A DNA stretch of 64,000 nucleotides, taken from NCBI GenBank assembly GCA_963728565.1, contig CAVSLC010000001.1:96001-160000 (forward strand), in the 5' to 3' direction. This stretch comes from an uncultured delta proteobacterium (lineage in GTDB: Bacteria > Desulfobacterota > Binatia > UBA9968). The position numbers and the translations under genes were made by a program. This document shows, one piece after another, positions 60,206-64,000 of this stretch (its first letter is position 1; each line of letters begins with the position of its first letter). The notes beneath the pieces were generated by a model. The model was not told the DNA's origin. It made no database searches and was given only the letters and a program-made list of their open reading frames with translations.

Positions 60206-62983
60206 CTATCTCCCGGCATAATGGGAGGCTTCACGACCGCTTTGAACCGGGCTGATTCGCCGCACCACCGCGGTTCGCTCGTAAGCCTCGACGACATCAC
60301 CTTGCTTGATGTCCTGAAACCCTTCGATCGACAGACCGCATTCATAGCCGGCGGACACTTCGCGCACATCATCTTTGAAGCGTTTCAAACTGGCGAGTTT
60401 GCCCTCGTGCACGACCACATGGTCTCTCAAGATTCGCACTAAATTACCGCGCTGAATCTTGCCCTCGGTGACATAGCAGCCGGCGATGGTGCCGACTCCT
60501 TGGATATTGAAAATTTGCCGGATATCGACTCGACCCTGGGTTTGCTCGCGGAAGGTGGGCTCCAACATGCCCTCCATCGCCGCCCGGACATCGGCCACGG
60601 CTTCGTAAATGACCGTATAAAGACGCACGTCGACACCTTCCTGCGACGCCAAAGCTTGGCCTTTAGATTCGGGACGGACATTGAAGCCAATCACGATTGC
60701 GTTGGAGGCTGCGGCCAAGAGAATATCGCTCTCGGTAATGCCGCCAACCGAACCATGAAGGACGCGCAACTTTACTTCGGCTGTGGACATGCGCGTCAGC
60801 GCATCGGTAAGCGCCTCAACCGAACCTTGCACATCGGCTTTGACCACCACCCGGAGCTCCTTGACATCACCGGTCTTGATCTGATCGTAAAGTTCTTCCA
60901 GCGACACTTTGCTCGATTTGACCAGCTCGGTTTCTCGTTGCTTGGTGTGACGATGTTCGGCAACTTGCCTTGCCTTGGACTCGTCGGCCACTGCGATGAA
61001 AGAGTCGCCGGCCTGAGGCACGCCTTGCAGACCGAGGATTTCGACCGGGGAAGAGGGCGGGGCGATTTCAACCTTCTGACCAAGATCGTTGATCATTGCG
61101 CGCACTTTCCCATGGAACACGCCGCAAACGAACGCATCGCCGATGCGCAGCGTTCCTTCCTGAACCAGCACCGTGGCAACGGGTCCGCGACCGCGGTCCA
61201 ACTTTGCCTCGACGATCGTCCCACGCGCCAGCTTGTCGGGATTGGCTCGGAGCTCGAGAATATCCGCTTGCAACAGCAACATTTCCAGCAGGTGCGGAAT
61301 TCCCTCCTGGGTTTTTGCCGAGACCGGAGCAAAGACGGTATCGCCGCCCCAGTCTTCCGACACCAGGCCATGTTCGGAAAGTCCCCGCTTCACACGCTCC
61401 AGATCTGCGTCTGGCTTGTCGATCTTGTTGACGGCAACGATAATCGGCACCTCCGCCGCGCGAGCGTGATTGATCGCTTCAACCGTTTGCGGCATGACGC
61501 CGTCATCAGCCGCCACAACCAGGACAACTATATCGGTGACTTTAGCGCCACGCGCCCGCATCGCAGTAAAGGCTTCGTGACCGGGCGTATCCAAAAATGT
61601 GACACTGCGGCCATCAACCTGAACGTGGTAGGCGCCGATGTGCTGGGTAATCCCGCCATGTTCCTGGGCCGTGACGTTGGTGCTGCGAATGGCATCGAGC
61701 AGCGAGGTTTTGCCGTGATCGACATGACCCATAATCGTCACCACAGGAGGGCGTGACACCAGCATCGATTCTTCTTCCACATGCTCGACTTCCAACACAC
61801 TCTCCGCATCGAAAGCAACATTTTCCACCTGATAGTCGAAATCGGCCGCCACCAACGTCGCCGTGTCAACATCCAACACCTGATTGATGCTGGCCATCAT
61901 GCCAAGACTCATTAATTTCTTGATCACATCACCGGCCTTGATGCCCATCTCACGCGCCAAATCCCCCACTGTGATAACTTCTGAGATGCGGATGACGCGT
62001 TTACTGGCGCGCGGCACGGTGATCTCAGTTTTTCGCTGTTCTTTGCCTGGCAGAGCGCGTTTCTTCTTTGGAATGCGCCCGGAGCGGAGCTCTTTCTCGC
62101 GAAATTCCAAGACATCTTGTTTTTTGACGACTCGTTTCTTGTGGCGGCCGGCTTTTGGCTTCTCGGCTTCTCCGGCAGCAGGTTTGGCTGCTTCGCCATC
62201 ACGCGCCGGCCGTGCTGCCTCATTGGCGGCTGGCGGAACTCCGGGCGATCCCGGCATCGGACGCCGTGGCGCAGACGGCGCCGCCGGAGCGATCGTGACG
62301 GTACGCTTCAAATCGATGCGGCCGAGCACTCGCGCGCCGCGCGGCGCTTCCTTCGGTGCCGCAGCTGGCGCTGCCGATGCTTGAGGCGGCGGAGGAGGAG
62401 GTGCGGACACTGGCGGTCGATCGGGTACCGGAACTGGCTGCGCTTGCGTCTCTTCCGCTGAAATCGGCTCCTCGATTTCACCCGGCATCTCTTCCGCTTG
62501 TTCCTGATGTGAAACATCGCCCTCGGGCACAATCGCGTTTAAAGCCGAATCATCCTCATAGGAAGGCATGGTGGCGGCTAAGTCTTCGAAGTCAGCGCTT
62601 GGTTGCGGGATCGGCGCGGGGACCGCTTCGGCTTGGCTTGAATCGGCCTCATGGGTTTCCGCCTGAACCTCCACTCGACTCGTCCGTCGACGAATCACGT
62701 TGGCGCGAACGCGGCGTTCAACGATGGTCTCGCGCGCCTGGATCTCGCCTAAGCTTTCGTCATCGGCGGTGACAACTCGGTCGGCCACAACCTTCTCTTC
62801 GCCGACGTGCACGTGCGGTTTTTCCTGCGCCGCTAAAGCAGCCCGCACCCGAGTGACTTCCTCATCCTCGAGGGAGCTTTGGGCCTTGCGCCCCCTAATT
62901 CCCAAACGCTCGAGTTGAGCGACCAGATCCTTGGTCTCCATCTCCAACTCTTTTGCCAATAGATGGACTCGCATTTTTCCCAT
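60206..62983 (-). CDS. infB: Translation initiation factor IF-2
   Basis: [67 protein letters not shown]. Confidence 0.99.
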   Translation of the reverse strand: MGKMRVHLLAKELEMETKDLVAQLERLGIRGRKAQSSLEDEEVTRVRAALAAQEKPHVHVGEEKVVADRVVTADDESLGEIQARETIVERRVRANVIRRRTSRVEVQAETHEADSSQAEAVPAPIPQPSADFEDLAATMPSYEDDSALNAIVPEGDVSHQEQAEEMPGEIEEPISAEETQAQPVPVPDRPPVSAPPPPPPQASAAPAAAPKEAPRGARVLGRIDLKRTVTIAPAAPSAPRRPMPGSPGVPPAANEAARPARDGEAAKPAAGEAEKPKAGRHKKRVVKKQDVLEFREKELRSGRIPKKKRALPGKEQRKTEITVPRASKRVIRISEVITVGDLAREMGIKAGDVIKKLMSLGMMASINQVLDVDTATLVAADFDYQVENVAFDAESVLEVEHVEEESMLVSRPPVVTIMGHVDHGKTSLLDAIRSTNVTAQEHGGITQHIGAYHVQVDGRSVTFLDTPGHEAFTAMRARGAKVTDIVVLVVAADDGVMPQTVEAINHARAAEVPIIVAVNKIDKPDADLERVKRGLSEHGLVSEDWGGDTVFAPVSAKTQEGIPHLLEMLLLQADILELRANPDKLARGTIVEAKLDRGRGPVATVLVQEGTLRIGDAFVCGVFHGKVRAMINDLGQKVEIAPPSSPVEILGLQGVPQAGDSFIAVADESKARQVAEHRHTKQRETELVKSSKVSLEELYDQIKTGDVKELRVVVKADVQGSVEALTDALTRMSTAEVKLRVLHGSVGGITESDILLAAASNAIVIGFNVRPESKGQALASQEGVDVRLYTVIYEAVADVRAAMEGMLEPTFREQTQGRVDIRQIFNIQGVGTIAGCYVTEGKIQRGNLVRILRDHVVVHEGKLASLKRFKDDVREVSAGYECGLSIEGFQDIKQGDVVEAYERTAVVRRISPVQSGREASHYAGR

Positions 62984-62986
62984 CTG

Positions 62987-63277
62987 TTACTCCCGATAAC
63001 CCTCGCTCAAGACCTGAATAAGCTTTTGTTTTGCTTCTTTGCTGATGTTCACACGAAATGCCCGGTGCATGTTCTTGCGCCGGAGGAACGCTTGCCAGCA
63101 GTCGTGCCGGTGATGAAGATAACCGCCGCGCCCGTGTCCTGTTGAATCGATGATCAACTCGCCGTCTGCACCAATGATGATACGAATGAGGCTTTTCTGA
63201 TCGTCCCTAACACCGCATCCGAGACACGTTCGCTGGGGACGATGTTCATCCGTTGCCAACCAGCCGTCGATCATCAA
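62987..63277 (-). CDS. ylxR: YlxR (DUF448) family RNA-binding protein
   Basis: PQRTCLGC and GRGGYL...C. Lies between nusA and infB. Confidence 0.9.
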   Translation of the reverse strand: MMIDGWLATDEHRPQRTCLGCGVRDDQKSLIRIIIGADGELIIDSTGHGRGGYLHHRHDCWQAFLRRKNMHRAFRVNISKEAKQKLIQVLSEGYRE

Positions 63278-64000
63278 TCCCTAGTAATTCCTTGCGCCGG
63301 TTCGGACGCAACCGCTGTTTCGTCCGGCGACACAGTCTCAGACGGCGCCGTTTCATGGGTATGCTCAGCCGCGTTGGCCTTCTCTTCCTCTGCTTTCAAG
63401 CGCTTTTCGGCGACGTATTCCTTAGCCGACTTGTGCAACGATTCAGCTTTTTCTTTGCTGATTCCTTCGACGTCGAGAATGTCCTCGAGCTCGCTTTCCG
63501 CAATTTCCTCGGCCGATTTGAACCCGGCTTGATAGAGTAGCTCAGCAGCGAAATCGTTGATGCCGGGTATCGCGCCGATGGACATACGCGCACGGCGCGT
63601 CTCTTCTTCGGCCTCCGCTTCGCTGCGAACATCGATGCGCCAGCCGGTCAGACGCGCGGCCAACCGGACATTTTGCCCCTTTTTGCCAATGGCCAACGAC
63701 AGCTGATCGTCCGGGACAATCACCTCCATGCTGTGCTCGTCGTCGTCGATAATGATCTTGGATACCTTGGCCGGCGCCAAAGCTCGGCAAACATATTCCG
63801 CTTGGTCCGGTATCCAGTGCACGATGTCGATCTTTTCGCCGCGCAGCTCTTGAACAACCGCCTGAACACGAGTGCCTTTCATGCCAACGCAGGCGCCGAC
63901 CGGATCGACGTCCGAATCATTGGAAATTACGGCGATCTTTGCTCTGCCGCCCGGTTCACGCGCGGCCCCTTTGACTTCAACAATACCCTCGTAAATCTCC
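63274..64000 (-). CDS. nusA: Transcription termination/antitermination factor NusA (5' end outside window)
   Basis: [50 protein letters not shown], and a C-terminal acidic HhH repeat. Confidence 0.98.
   Translation of the reverse strand, partial: EIYEGIVEVKGAAREPGGRAKIAVISNDSDVDPVGACVGMKGTRVQAVVQELRGEKIDIVHWIPDQAEYVCRALAPAKVSKIIIDDDEHSMEVIVPDDQLSLAIGKKGQNVRLAARLTGWRIDVRSEAEAEEETRRARMSIGAIPGINDFAAELLYQAGFKSAEEIAESELEDILDVEGISKEKAESLHKSAKEYVAEKRLKAEEEKANAAEHTHETAPSETVSPDETAVASEPAQGITRD

Noticed and set aside
60500-61756. 418-aa plus-strand ORF
   Set aside because: Antisense shadow of infB with no recognisable motifs; expected from codon bias in GC-rich genes.
62150-62660. Pro/Ala/Glu-rich low-complexity stretch
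   Set aside because: Normal variable N-terminal region of IF-2, not a repeat element.

Overview
Gene-dense bacterial chromosomal segment with moderately high GC. I found no rRNA, tRNA, CRISPR array or mobile element. The gene content suggests a diderm of the deltaproteobacterial grade, probably Candidatus Binatia (inference from multiple Bug/TctC and NitT/TauT binding proteins, orphan Mo-hydroxylase subunits, UbiD and MlaA). Housekeeping blocks are queA-tgt-yajC-secD-secF-recJ, coaBC-udg-nfeD-slipin, cca, an M16 peptidase pair and nusA-ylxR-infB-DUF503-rbfA-truB. About a dozen genes, including essential coaBC, carry single-base indels that are most likely long-read consensus errors, so several ORF-track entries are fragments of one gene. 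The most interesting loci are: (1) a three-gene split-beta cobalt nitrile hydratase / thiocyanate hydrolase-like enzyme with mixed active-site signatures, tightly coupled to PEP carboxykinase; (2) a PAS-HisKA-receiver protein with no kinase ATPase domain, divergent from a KimA/KUP-like transporter fused to a USP domain; (3) an internally duplicated protein of unknown family with a decayed tandem paralog, next to a J-domain/Zn-ribbon protein; (4) a possible divergent DksA/TraR-like Zn-finger protein; (5) genes typical of monoderms or archaea (ChdC/HemQ, PAC2, TrmI) in a diderm. All family assignments come from motifs recognised by eye; no searches were run.
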